Shown: positions 19,225 through 28,987 of the stretch, piece by piece | Numbering within the stretch: the stretch's first letter is position 1 | Layout: each line of letters begins with the position of its first letter | Origin: an uncultured virus (IMG/VR IMGVR_UViG_3300020325_000007) | Lineage: Duplodnaviria; Heunggongvirae; Uroviricota; Caudoviricetes | Length of the DNA: 59,227 bases | IMG/VR virus record: IMGVR_UViG_3300020325_000007 | Strand: one strand, 5' to 3' | The notes under the pieces: generated by a model | Told to the model about the DNA's origin: nothing | What the model saw: the letters and a program-made list of their open reading frames with translations, nothing else | Database searches by the model: none | Made by a program: the position numbers and the translations under genes

Positions 19225-20649
19225 ATGAGTATAGAACTACCAAAACTAAAGAAGGTATCTAAGGACAAAGTAAAGAAACCAAAGATACTTTTACTTTCCG
19301 ATGATTTACGATTACATAGTGGAATCGCAACACAATCAAAAGAAATTGTATTGTCAACAGTACACAAATATGATTGGGTACAGTTGGGTGCAGCATTAAA
19401 ACACCCTGAATCAGGTAAAACACTTATCTTAGACGCCGATGTTCAAAAAGAAACAGGAGTCAAAGACGCAAGTGTAAAAATATATTGTAATACAGGTTAC
19501 GGTAATCCCGATATACTAAGACAATTAATAAACATAGAAAAACCTGACGCAATCTTACACTTTACAGACCCAAGATTTTGGAGATGGTTGTATGAGATGG
19601 AAAATGAAATTAGACAGATTTGTCCAATCATGTATTACAACATTTGGGATTCACTTCCTGACCCACTATGGAACGCACCATTTTACGCAAGTTGTGACTT
19701 ACTATTAGGTATATCAAAACAAACCTATGGTATCAATAAAAGAACACTTGAAAAAACAGGGATGTCAAAAGAAGATTGGAATCACAAGTATATTCCTCAC
19801 GGTGTAACTAAACTATTTAAACCATTATCGGATATGGACCCAAAATTAGTTGAGTTCAAACAGAAGTTTAAATTAGACAAATACGACTTTATTGTAGGTT
19901 GGAATAACAGAAACATTCGTAGAAAAGTGCCAGGTGATGTAGTTGAAGCATTTAGTAGATTCGCAGAAATGAATCCTGATAAAAAAATGTTATTGTTTTT
20001 ACATACCTCTCCGAGTGACCCGAATGGTACAGACATTCCTGAGGTTATCAAACATTGTGGTAAATTTGGTGAATACAAGTTTACACAATCAGGACCGAAG
20101 ACACAAGCATTTCCAACAGACGTATTAAACTTATATTACAATTCATGTGATGTAGTTTTAAATGTCGCATCTAATGAAGGGTTTGGATTAGGTTCTTGTG
20201 AAGCAATGAGAGCAGGTACTCCAATCATCGTAAATGTCACAGGTGGACTACAAGACCAATGTGGATTCAGAAAAGATGGTAAACTACTTACAGCAGAAGA
20301 TTATGTTGAAATAGGTTCACTTCATCAGTGGAGAAAATGGAAAGGTAAATTAGAACATGGTGAGTGGGTTAAACCTGTATGGCCAACAAATTTATCATTA
20401 CAGGGGTCACCTGTTACTCCTTATATCTATGATGATAGATGTGATGCTATCGATATCGCGGAAAACCTTAATGAGTTTTTCAAAATGGGTAGAGAAGAAT
20501 GTGAAAGAGTTGGTATGTTAGGTCATGAGTTTGTAGTAGGTGAAGGTGATATGGCATCAGAAACAATGGGTGAAAAGTTTATTGAAGCAATTGATACTTG
20601 TTTTGAAAATTGGAAACCAAGAAAAAGATTTGACTTATGGAAAGTATAA
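19225..20649 (+). CDS. GT4 glycosyltransferase
   Basis: KILLLSD, NRN..RK, EGFGL...EAM..G.P. Confidence 0.85.
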   Translation: MSIELPKLKKVSKDKVKKPKILLLSDDLRLHSGIATQSKEIVLSTVHKYDWVQLGAALKHPESGKTLILDADVQKETGVKDASVKIYCNTGYGNPDILRQLINIEKPDAILHFTDPRFWRWLYEMENEIRQICPIMYYNIWDSLPDPLWNAPFYASCDLLLGISKQTYGINKRTLEKTGMSKEDWNHKYIPHGVTKLFKPLSDMDPKLVEFKQKFKLDKYDFIVGWNNRNIRRKVPGDVVEAFSRFAEMNPDKKMLLFLHTSPSDPNGTDIPEVIKHCGKFGEYKFTQSGPKTQAFPTDVLNLYYNSCDVVLNVASNEGFGLGSCEAMRAGTPIIVNVTGGLQDQCGFRKDGKLLTAEDYVEIGSLHQWRKWKGKLEHGEWVKPVWPTNLSLQGSPVTPYIYDDRCDAIDIAENLNEFFKMGREECERVGMLGHEFVVGEGDMASETMGEKFIEAIDTCFENWKPRKRFDLWKV

Positions 20650-21929
20650 AAAAGTTATGTGTAGTTAGTTGTCCAATCGCCACAAGAAGTGGTTATGGGG
20701 CAAGAAGTAGAGATTTTGTAAGAGCACTTATTGAACAAAAAGGTGATGAGTGGGATATCAAAATCCTTTCTCAAAGATGGGGTGATTTGAGTATGAACGC
20801 ATTGACTCCCGATGATAAAGATTTGACTTCAAGGATGATTAATAAGTTAGAACAGAAACCTGATGTATGGTTTCAGATAACTATTCCAAATGAGTTTACT
20901 CCTGTTGGTCATTTTAATGTTGGTGTATCCGCAGTTATTGAAACATCAGACGCAACTGCAGAATTTATCGAGGGTTGTAATAGAATGGACTTGACTATAG
21001 TATCATCAGAACATTCAAAGAAGACTCTATCAGCAGTATATGATAAACTAAACGAACAAACAAAAGAAAAAGTAGGTGAACTAAAAATAGAAAAACCTGT
21101 TGAAGTTTTGTTTGAAGGATATGACACGAAAATATATGACCATAAAAAACCAATATCAAAAACAATAGAAAAAACATTATCAGAGATTCCTGAACAATTT
21201 TGTTTCTTATTTGTAGGACATTGGTTACAGGGTGATTTAGGTGAGGACAGAAAAGGTATCGCAGCATTAGTACACTCATTTTTGACGACATTTAAGACAA
21301 ATAGTTTTAATAAAAAATCACAACCAGCATTGATACTAAAAACATCTGTTGGTAAATCATCTATAACAAGTGTTCACGATGTAAAAAAGAAAATTGAAAA
21401 AATCAAAGAAATGGATGGTATGAATGGAATACTTCCAAACATATACATTCTTGATGGTGATATGACAGATGAAGAAATGAATTCATTGTATAATCATCCT
21501 AAAGTAAAATCTCATATATCATTTACTCATGGTGAGGGATTTGGTAGACCATTACTTGAAGCATGTGTTAGTGGTAAACCTATTATCGCATCAGGGTGGA
21601 GTGGTCACTTAGACTTTTTACATCCTCAATACAACTTTTTACTTGGTGGTGAATTAGTAGAAATCCATCCATCAGCCAGAAATAAGTGGTTCCAAGAAGG
21701 GAGTAAATGGTTTAAAGTAAATTATTCTCAAGGTTCAGGTACTATGAAAGCGGTATTTGATAAGTATAAGAAAGCATTAGAACAGTCCCGAAAGAATAGA
21801 CAGTATGTAAAGAGTAATTTTACAAAAGAACATATGTCAACTAAATTGGGTGAAATATTCGACCAATATAAAGTAGGTGAAGGACCACAACAAGTTACTT
21901 TAAAATTACCTAAGTTGAAGAAGAAATAA
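20637..21929 (+). CDS. GT4 glycosyltransferase
   Basis: SGYG, FLFVG, RK, EGFGRPLLEA..SGKP. Confidence 0.85.
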   Translation: MESIKKLCVVSCPIATRSGYGARSRDFVRALIEQKGDEWDIKILSQRWGDLSMNALTPDDKDLTSRMINKLEQKPDVWFQITIPNEFTPVGHFNVGVSAVIETSDATAEFIEGCNRMDLTIVSSEHSKKTLSAVYDKLNEQTKEKVGELKIEKPVEVLFEGYDTKIYDHKKPISKTIEKTLSEIPEQFCFLFVGHWLQGDLGEDRKGIAALVHSFLTTFKTNSFNKKSQPALILKTSVGKSSITSVHDVKKKIEKIKEMDGMNGILPNIYILDGDMTDEEMNSLYNHPKVKSHISFTHGEGFGRPLLEACVSGKPIIASGWSGHLDFLHPQYNFLLGGELVEIHPSARNKWFQEGSKWFKVNYSQGSGTMKAVFDKYKKALEQSRKNRQYVKSNFTKEHMSTKLGEIFDQYKVGEGPQQVTLKLPKLKKK

Positions 21930-22444
21930 TGACAGACTTTACAAGTAGACATAGAAGTAATATGAAAGACCCGACTAAGATTAGTAAATCTAAGTTGGAA
22001 AGAGGAATGGTTGCAAAAATCAGATACAAAAAGGTAGATGGTAAACAACGAGATTACTTTGTGTTTGTTTTACAACCTGATTTTAAATTAAAATTCCATT
22101 GTTTAGATTTGAAACATTGTTCACCACAGAGTTTTATCAAATTAGCAGAAGATTTAGATGAGGTGTTTAGTACAACAAAGGGGATTAGAAAATTAGATTT
22201 AACTAAATTAAGAATCGAAGAAAACTCTAAACAGTTTTATACGGGAGTTATTAGAAGTAAAAAACTTCAAGTAGGTTACAGAACTTTAGTTGAAAAAAAT
22301 GTAGGTTCAGTTTTGGTCTATAATTACGATTATGGTAACTATGACAAAGTTCCACCAGCAACAGTAAGAAGACAACAAGAACAAGTAAGAAAAGATGACA
22401 CGGATTTGGAGACAACACAAGATACTCCACCCGTAGGACTATAA
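21929..22444 (+). CDS. Hypothetical basic protein
   Basis: Operonic ORF; no confident motif. Confidence 0.5.
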   Translation: MTDFTSRHRSNMKDPTKISKSKLERGMVAKIRYKKVDGKQRDYFVFVLQPDFKLKFHCLDLKHCSPQSFIKLAEDLDEVFSTTKGIRKLDLTKLRIEENSKQFYTGVIRSKKLQVGYRTLVEKNVGSVLVYNYDYGNYDKVPPATVRRQQEQVRKDDTDLETTQDTPPVGL

Positions 22445-22453
22445 AATTAAATT

Positions 22454-23077
22454 ATGAAAATTAGTTACGCAATAACAGTATGTAATGAGTTTGTAGAATT
22501 ACAATCACTTTTACCTCACATCTTAAAATACAAAAGAAGAGAAGATGAGGTTGTAATATTATTTGACGAATCAAAAGGTGATGAGGGGATAGAGGAGTTC
22601 TTAAGAGCGAAATCTGTCAACAACGCATTCGCATGGCATAAAGATAAATTTGATGGTCACTTCGGTGATTGGAAAAACAAGTTGACTGATTTATGTAACG
22701 GTGATTACATTTTTCAGATTGACGCAGACGAAATACCAAGTAAGGTATTATTACAGAGTATACCCGATATTCTAACAATGAACAACGTTGATGTAGTTCT
22801 TGTTCCAAGAATAAATACGGTAGAAGGTTTGACCCAAGAACATATCCAAAAGTGGGGATGGAGAGTTGATGAAAAAGGTTGGATTAATTGGCCAGACCCT
22901 CAGTGGAGAATATATAGAAAATCAGATACCATTCGTTGGGTAAACAAGGTACACGAGAAAATCGAAGGATACGAGACTATCTCTAACTTACCTTCTTTAG
23001 AAGAGTTCGCATTGTTACACCCAAAAGATATCAAAAGACAAGAAAAACAAAATGAGTATTACGATACCCTTGTGTAA
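22454..23077 (+). CDS. GT2 glycosyltransferase
   Basis: ISYAITVCNE, IDADE (DxD), WPD.Q.R, VHE. Confidence 0.8.
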   Translation: MKISYAITVCNEFVELQSLLPHILKYKRREDEVVILFDESKGDEGIEEFLRAKSVNNAFAWHKDKFDGHFGDWKNKLTDLCNGDYIFQIDADEIPSKVLLQSIPDILTMNNVDVVLVPRINTVEGLTQEHIQKWGWRVDEKGWINWPDPQWRIYRKSDTIRWVNKVHEKIEGYETISNLPSLEEFALLHPKDIKRQEKQNEYYDTLV

Positions 23078-23128
23078 TCGCGTTTTTGGAAACGATATGT
23101 GTGTCAAAAGAAAATTTAACAATTTCCT

Positions 23129-24826
23129 ATGTTATTAGATTGTACATTAAGAGACGGTGGTTACTATACTAATTGGGACTTTGATACCCAAATGGTCAAA
23201 GACCTTATTAGCGCATGTGATTTATCGGGGGTTGACGTAATCGAGTTAGGTTACAAGTCGCCAGTAAAGGGTGGTAAGTATCGTAAATGTAACGATAGGT
23301 TTATTTGGGACGTATTAGATTATAGACTTCCCGTAAACGTAAAACTTGCGTTTATGATTGACGCGAAAGATTTCATCAAAGATGGTGGAGTAGACTTTTC
23401 ATTGATTGACGATTGTATAAATCCGTTTGGTGATTCACCATTTGAGATTTGTAGACTTGCAATCAAACATTCCGAGATTGAATTATCAAAACAAATCGGT
23501 GAATACATAAACAAAAAAGGATATCGATTAGTAATCAATCTTATGGGTATCTCGTTATTGAGTGATTCTGAAATAAAAGAATTTGGAACACTAAACGAGT
23601 TAAAACCTGAAGCATTATATTTTGCGGATTCCTACGGAAATCTTACACCTGATAGAACAACTGAATTAGTAAAGTTGTTTAGTGAGTTTGGTTGTGAGGT
23701 CGGGGTTCACACACACGACAATCTTGGTCTTGCTTTTGCAAACTGTTTATCGGCAGAGAAAGAAGGAGCAACTTGGATTGATGGGACTCTTCTTGGAATG
23801 GGTAGAGGTGTCGGGAATGTCAAAACAGAACAACTCGTCACATATTATCAGTACGGTGAGGGAAACAAAACGTATAACTGTAAACCTCTTCAAGAGGTGA
23901 TTAGAAAGTGGATGACCCCGTTGATGGAAACACACAAGTGGGGATTCACACACAATTATATGGTTAGTGGATTAAAACACATCCACCCACTGTATCCACA
24001 GAATCTACAACAGTCACATCTGAACCCTAATAGAATCGAAGATATTTTATTGGACATACCTGATTCCCTTAGGTTTGATTCTGAAAAGATTGAAGAGGTG
24101 ATTGAACCAAAAGTTGCGGTGGTTATACCTGCGAGATACAAATCAAGTAGATTTCCTGGCAAACCACTCGCCAAGATTCTTGGGACCGAGATGATTATTT
24201 GGGTCGCCGGGATTGCAGAAAATGCTGTTGGTAAAGACAATGTTTATATCGCAACAGAAAATGAAGAAATTGTAGACTTAGTAAAAAGTCACGGATACAA
24301 AGTAGTGTTAACATCAGACTCTTGTCCGACAGGAACAGACAGAGTAGCAGAAGCAGCATTAGAGATTGACGCAGATTTTATTATCAATATCCAAGGTGAT
24401 GAACCAATGTTAAATTCTAATGACATACAAAAGGTGATAGACAAAATGATAGAGAATCCAAATCATGTCATAAATTGTATGGCACCTTTGAACAAACACG
24501 AAAATGTAGAAGATAAGAAAATACCAAAAGTAATAACAAATCTAAAAGACGAGTTAATTTGGTGTTCAAGAAACCCACTTCCTGGCTTAAAGGAAGGTCT
24601 TCCAACTAATCCAATGAAACAAGTTTGTATCTATGGATTCAATAGAGACCACTTAAAAGCATTTTGGAGTTATGGAAAGAAAACCCCACTTGAGTTTCAA
24701 GAAGATATCGAGATTGATAGATTCATAGAAATGGGGTATAAAATTAAAATGGTTAGATTGGATGGAAGTACAGTAGCAGTTGACTATCCTGAAGATATAG
24801 AATTAGTAGAGAAATTATTAGCATGA
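23129..24826 (+). CDS. Fusion of an HMGL-like (DRE-TIM) pyruvate aldolase and a CMP-Kdo synthetase (KdsB)-like cytidylyltransferase
   Basis: N-half LDCTLRDGG, ADSYG, HTHDNLG, GMGRG.GN; C-half IPARY.SSRFPGKPL, TGTDRV, QGDEP, VD.PED; one uninterrupted ORF. Confidence 0.88.
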   Translation: MLLDCTLRDGGYYTNWDFDTQMVKDLISACDLSGVDVIELGYKSPVKGGKYRKCNDRFIWDVLDYRLPVNVKLAFMIDAKDFIKDGGVDFSLIDDCINPFGDSPFEICRLAIKHSEIELSKQIGEYINKKGYRLVINLMGISLLSDSEIKEFGTLNELKPEALYFADSYGNLTPDRTTELVKLFSEFGCEVGVHTHDNLGLAFANCLSAEKEGATWIDGTLLGMGRGVGNVKTEQLVTYYQYGEGNKTYNCKPLQEVIRKWMTPLMETHKWGFTHNYMVSGLKHIHPLYPQNLQQSHLNPNRIEDILLDIPDSLRFDSEKIEEVIEPKVAVVIPARYKSSRFPGKPLAKILGTEMIIWVAGIAENAVGKDNVYIATENEEIVDLVKSHGYKVVLTSDSCPTGTDRVAEAALEIDADFIINIQGDEPMLNSNDIQKVIDKMIENPNHVINCMAPLNKHENVEDKKIPKVITNLKDELIWCSRNPLPGLKEGLPTNPMKQVCIYGFNRDHLKAFWSYGKKTPLEFQEDIEIDRFIEMGYKIKMVRLDGSTVAVDYPEDIELVEKLLA

Positions 24827-25506
24827 ACGGAATTAGAATAGTACACGCAGGTGGTGTTGGTGATGGGCTAATGATGTCATCAGTCATAAAAGAAAAATAC
24901 TGTAAAGAATACGACATGGTCTACTTAGACGTTCAAAAAGGTAGACTTAATTGGTTGTTTAAAAAACTGTATAATGATACACCAAACATTCAGTTTGGTA
25001 CAGGAGCAAAAGATAACACTATTAAATTAGGTTTTGCATCTGCGGTAGAGGGTCCAAAGTGGAGAGAGTTGTCTTGGAATCGAGACCTTGAAGAAGAGGA
25101 TAGATTGTATCAGGATTTAGTAAATGAGGTTGGTGAGGATTATATCATAGTCCACGAAAGAGGTCAAGATAATGTTTTCAGGAAGATGTATCCTATAAAC
25201 AGAAACTACTTTGAGAATGACCAACTACCTGTAATCAATGTTCACGCAAGGGAAGGACATATATTAGATTACAGTAAAGTACTACAAAACGCAAAAGAGA
25301 TTCATGTTTACGAGGGAAGTTTTATGAACCTTGCTGATGCAGTCGTAGATGGGTCTAAAGTGCCTTTGTATGGTCATTTGTATTGTAAACAACACTACTT
25401 TGACCCACATTTGGTACACAATCAAATCATACAATATATAAAAGCCGGAAAATGGCACAAAAACAATTGGAATTATTTATGGGAAATATCGGAAACACTA
25501 ATATGA
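24823..25506 (+). CDS. Hypothetical, possible glycosyltransferase
   Basis: GGVGD start, AKEIHV..GSF..L; lies in the glycan island. Confidence 0.4.
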   Translation: MNGIRIVHAGGVGDGLMMSSVIKEKYCKEYDMVYLDVQKGRLNWLFKKLYNDTPNIQFGTGAKDNTIKLGFASAVEGPKWRELSWNRDLEEEDRLYQDLVNEVGEDYIIVHERGQDNVFRKMYPINRNYFENDQLPVINVHAREGHILDYSKVLQNAKEIHVYEGSFMNLADAVVDGSKVPLYGHLYCKQHYFDPHLVHNQIIQYIKAGKWHKNNWNYLWEISETLI

Positions 25507-26306
25507 AATTAGGAGTTATAGGAATAGGAGCAGTTGGTTCTGCGATATCAAAGGGATTTGAATACATCGGACACGAAGTTGTCGGATATGATATCAAAAT
25601 ACCTGAGACTTCAATAGAAGATACATTAGATACAGAAATTAACTTTATCACAGTTGGAACTCCTACAGGTCCAAATCAAGAATGTGATTTAACAGCAGTA
25701 AATTCTGTGATAGAACAACTTAGTAAATTAGAATATAAAGGTCTTGTTGCACTTAAGAGTACAATAGAACCTGGCACTACACAAAGATTGATGAGTGAAT
25801 ATCCAAATCTTAATATGTGTTTTGTACCTGAGTTCCTGAGAGAAAGATGTGCATATGAAGACTTCGTATACAATAACAATATCTTAGTTGTTGGTACTGA
25901 TAGTGATGAAAACTATGATTTGATTGTAAAAGCACACGGTTCACTACCATTCCATAAAGTTAAGATGTCAATCATAGAATCAGAACTTATGAAGTATTTT
26001 TCAAATACATACAAGGCGATGAGAATTACATTTGCAAATTCATTCCATAAAGTAGCAGAACATTTTGGTGCAAACTACGATGCAATCAAAGACGCGTTTT
26101 TATTCCACGGTGTCGGTGAAGGTCACTACTTAAATGTAAATAAAGAGTTTGGTGGTTATGGTGGAATGTGTCTTCCTAAAGATACAAAAGCGATGAAAGT
26201 ACTTTGTAAGAAATACAACATTGATGTAGACATTTTCAGATTCATTGATGAGGAAAATGATAAGTTTGTAAAAACAGTACCAAAAGGAATGAGATACGAG
26301 ATATGA
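25503..26306 (+). CDS. UDP-glucose/GDP-mannose 6-dehydrogenase family, lacking the C-terminal domain
   Basis: GIGAVG, KSTIEPG, PEFLRE, K..SN, GYGGMCLPKD. Confidence 0.85.
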   Translation: MKLGVIGIGAVGSAISKGFEYIGHEVVGYDIKIPETSIEDTLDTEINFITVGTPTGPNQECDLTAVNSVIEQLSKLEYKGLVALKSTIEPGTTQRLMSEYPNLNMCFVPEFLRERCAYEDFVYNNNILVVGTDSDENYDLIVKAHGSLPFHKVKMSIIESELMKYFSNTYKAMRITFANSFHKVAEHFGANYDAIKDAFLFHGVGEGHYLNVNKEFGGYGGMCLPKDTKAMKVLCKKYNIDVDIFRFIDEENDKFVKTVPKGMRYEI

Positions 26307-27238
26307 AAATATTAGTAACAGGTGCAGCAGGATTCTTAGGTTCACATCTTTGTGATTCATTATTAGATGGTGGTCACGAAGTCGTTGGAGTAGATAACTT
26401 TTTCAGAGGAAAGGTAAGTAACTTACCAACTCATGAAAACTTTACATTCAAAGAGTTAGACTTAGTTTATAGTGAACCAATAAAAGAATTTATGTTAGAA
26501 CATCAGTTCGATGTAGTTGTTCACTACGCAGCAATAAATGGAACAAGATATTTTTATGATATTCCATTTAAAGTCTGTAATCATAATATCTTAATGACTC
26601 AGAATGTATTGAACGCATGTACACCTTCAGTAACAAAAGTAGTATACGCGTCATCATCTGAAATTTATGGACCATCACCAATTGTTCCAACTGAAGAAAC
26701 AGAACCTATGATTTTACATCCATCTGCAAATAGAGACTCTTACGCGTCTTCGAAAGGTATGGGTGAGTTCTTAGTAAGATTATGGGCAGATGAAAAAAGA
26801 AAAGAGTATTTGATAGTTAGACCTTTTAACACTTATGGTCCAAGAATGGCAACAGGTGGTTATGGTCAAGTGATTCCTGAGTTTATTGAAAGAATCAAAT
26901 CAGATGAGGACTTTTACTTATATGGTGATGGAAATCAAACAAGGTCTTTTTGTTATGTTACAGACCATGCTAATATTGTTTCTGATTTAATTTTGAAAAC
27001 ATCTAACGAAATAGTAAATGTTGGATTTGATGAAGAGATTACTATTCATGATTTGGCGATGGTTATACATCAAATAATGGATAAAGAATTTAAAGTAGAG
27101 TATAAACCTGCGTGGTCTAACGATACAAAATGGAGAAAACCATCACTTTCTAAGTTAAAAAGTTGTATAGGTTATGAAAATTTTGTATGTTTAGAAGACG
27201 GAATAAATAAAATGTTAAAATATGGCGATAGAAATTAA
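26303..27238 (+). CDS. NAD-dependent epimerase/decarboxylase (UDP-glucuronate decarboxylase-like)
   Basis: TGAAGFLGSHL, SSSEIYG, YASSK, FNTYGP, QTRSFCY. Confidence 0.85.
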   Translation: MKILVTGAAGFLGSHLCDSLLDGGHEVVGVDNFFRGKVSNLPTHENFTFKELDLVYSEPIKEFMLEHQFDVVVHYAAINGTRYFYDIPFKVCNHNILMTQNVLNACTPSVTKVVYASSSEIYGPSPIVPTEETEPMILHPSANRDSYASSKGMGEFLVRLWADEKRKEYLIVRPFNTYGPRMATGGYGQVIPEFIERIKSDEDFYLYGDGNQTRSFCYVTDHANIVSDLILKTSNEIVNVGFDEEITIHDLAMVIHQIMDKEFKVEYKPAWSNDTKWRKPSLSKLKSCIGYENFVCLEDGINKMLKYGDRN

Positions 27239-27614
27239 AACACCGATTGGTGACGCATTCGATAAGTTATCAATCCTTGAAATAAAACTTGAAAATGTAA
27301 AAGATGAAGTTCAAAGAGAAAATATTCAAAATGAACTTAATTATTTACAAGACAAATTGAAACCATTTTGGGATAATGGTGGAGACGAACTAAAAGAAAT
27401 CTACAGTAGACTCAAAAAGACAAACGGTCAAATGTGGGTTATTGAAGATTCTGTTAGGTTATTAGAAAAAGATAAATTGTTTAATGAAGAATTCATTGAA
27501 TACGCAAGAGCGGTTTATTACACAAATGATAGAAGAGCAGCAGAGAAGAAAGAAATAAATCATTTACTGAATTCAGAATTCTTCGAGGAGAAGATATACC
27601 AAAAATATGATTAA
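27222..27614 (+). CDS. DUF6165-like helical protein
   Basis: G...DK.SIL.IK, N..MW.IED, AR.VY.TND.R...K..IN. Confidence 0.65.
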   Translation: MAIEIKTPIGDAFDKLSILEIKLENVKDEVQRENIQNELNYLQDKLKPFWDNGGDELKEIYSRLKKTNGQMWVIEDSVRLLEKDKLFNEEFIEYARAVYYTNDRRAAEKKEINHLLNSEFFEEKIYQKYD

Positions 27615-28293
27615 TTTTAGTGAAGGAAATTCTACCGACTATCCATTTCCTATTATAGAAGTGGAAAACTGTTTTGATGAAGAAACACTTGAGAACCTTA
27701 TACAAGAGTTCCCTGATGTATCTTCAGAAGGAACCGTTATGGGTGGTAGAAAAAAGATGAATTCAGGTAGTCCTAAGTTTGACGAGTGGTTACAAACTGC
27801 ACCTACTTGGAAAAAGTTTTACGAATATCTAAATGATGATGAAGTATTCCATAGTTTTGTAAACTATTATGATAATGAGTTGAAAGATTGGGATAGTGTT
27901 ATTACAACTGATAGTTCGTTAAAGACAGATAGTTTCTTACACATCGATTGGTCCTCTGCGACTGATGGTTATGTTAGAGAAATACATAGAGATACAAATA
28001 AAAGGATTTGGAACTTTCTAATATTCTTTAATGATAAAGATTGGGAAGGTGGTGACTTCTTGATTCATTCATCTGATAATCTAAATAAATTAGACCAACA
28101 GATATGGGACTTAAACGCATTACCTGTACACAAAACAGTCGAAGCGAAGAAGAATAAAGGAGTATTCTTTTTGTCAACACCCGATTCTTATCATTCAGTA
28201 TCTAAACAGTTTAACACAAACTCACCAAGAAAGTTTATATATGGTTCTTACTCATATAGAGATGGTGATGTATTTAATAAGAGACATCGATAA
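27607..28293 (+). CDS. 2OG-Fe(II) oxygenase
   Basis: HRD, GGD, SYHSV, R. Confidence 0.75.
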   Translation: MINFSEGNSTDYPFPIIEVENCFDEETLENLIQEFPDVSSEGTVMGGRKKMNSGSPKFDEWLQTAPTWKKFYEYLNDDEVFHSFVNYYDNELKDWDSVITTDSSLKTDSFLHIDWSSATDGYVREIHRDTNKRIWNFLIFFNDKDWEGGDFLIHSSDNLNKLDQQIWDLNALPVHKTVEAKKNKGVFFLSTPDSYHSVSKQFNTNSPRKFIYGSYSYRDGDVFNKRHR

Positions 28294-28589
28294 TGTATAG
28301 ACCATTACCTAAAGGTTTAAACATTATGAAAAGTAACATAGATGGAATGGGTTTATTCGCAACAATGGATATTCCATCTGATTATGACTTTGGTATAAGT
28401 CATGTCCCAAACTCTAAGTTTGAGAACGGATACATTAGAACACCCTTAGGTGGATTTATCAATCATAGTGATAATCCAAATTGTAAAGTGGTGACGGATG
28501 TAGACGGTAATTACAGATTAGTGTCAACTCAGTTTCTTTCGATTGGAGACGAGATTACACTAAAATATAATTTATATAAAATAAAATGA
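28293..28589 (+). CDS. Minimal SET-domain protein-lysine methyltransferase
   Basis: GMGLFAT, FINHSDNPNC, GDEITLKY. Confidence 0.85.
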   Translation: MYRPLPKGLNIMKSNIDGMGLFATMDIPSDYDFGISHVPNSKFENGYIRTPLGGFINHSDNPNCKVVTDVDGNYRLVSTQFLSIGDEITLKYNLYKIK

Positions 28590-28987
28590 ACATAGACGAA
28601 TATGACAAAATGCAACACCACGAAAACAACTATCAAGTTGCGATAGACTTTGATGGTGTTGTCCATGGTAATTCAAAAGGATTCCATGATGGAACTGTAT
28701 ACGACCCACCTATTGAGGGTTCTTTAGACGCAATCAAGTGGTTTAAGTCTCAAGGGTACGATATAGTTTTATTTACCGCAAAAGTAAAACCCGATAGACC
28801 ACTTGTAAATGGTAAAACAGGTGAAGAGTTGATTTGGGAGTGGTTAACTAAATATGAGATTGATACTTATATAAAAGAAATAACTTGTGAAAAACCAAGA
28901 GCAATCTGTTACATAGATGACAGAGGTATCAGGTTTGAATCATGGGAACAGACGTTAAAACAATTTAATGAAATCACAAACAAGTAA
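28586..28987 (+). CDS. HAD-superfamily phosphatase
   Basis: IDFDGV, FTA, EKP, YIDD. Confidence 0.8.
   Translation: MNIDEYDKMQHHENNYQVAIDFDGVVHGNSKGFHDGTVYDPPIEGSLDAIKWFKSQGYDIVLFTAKVKPDRPLVNGKTGEELIWEWLTKYEIDTYIKEITCEKPRAICYIDDRGIRFESWEQTLKQFNEITNK

Noticed and set aside
21929..22444. T4 gp2-like DNA end protector
   Set aside because: Only a vague resemblance; diagnostic residues could not be confirmed
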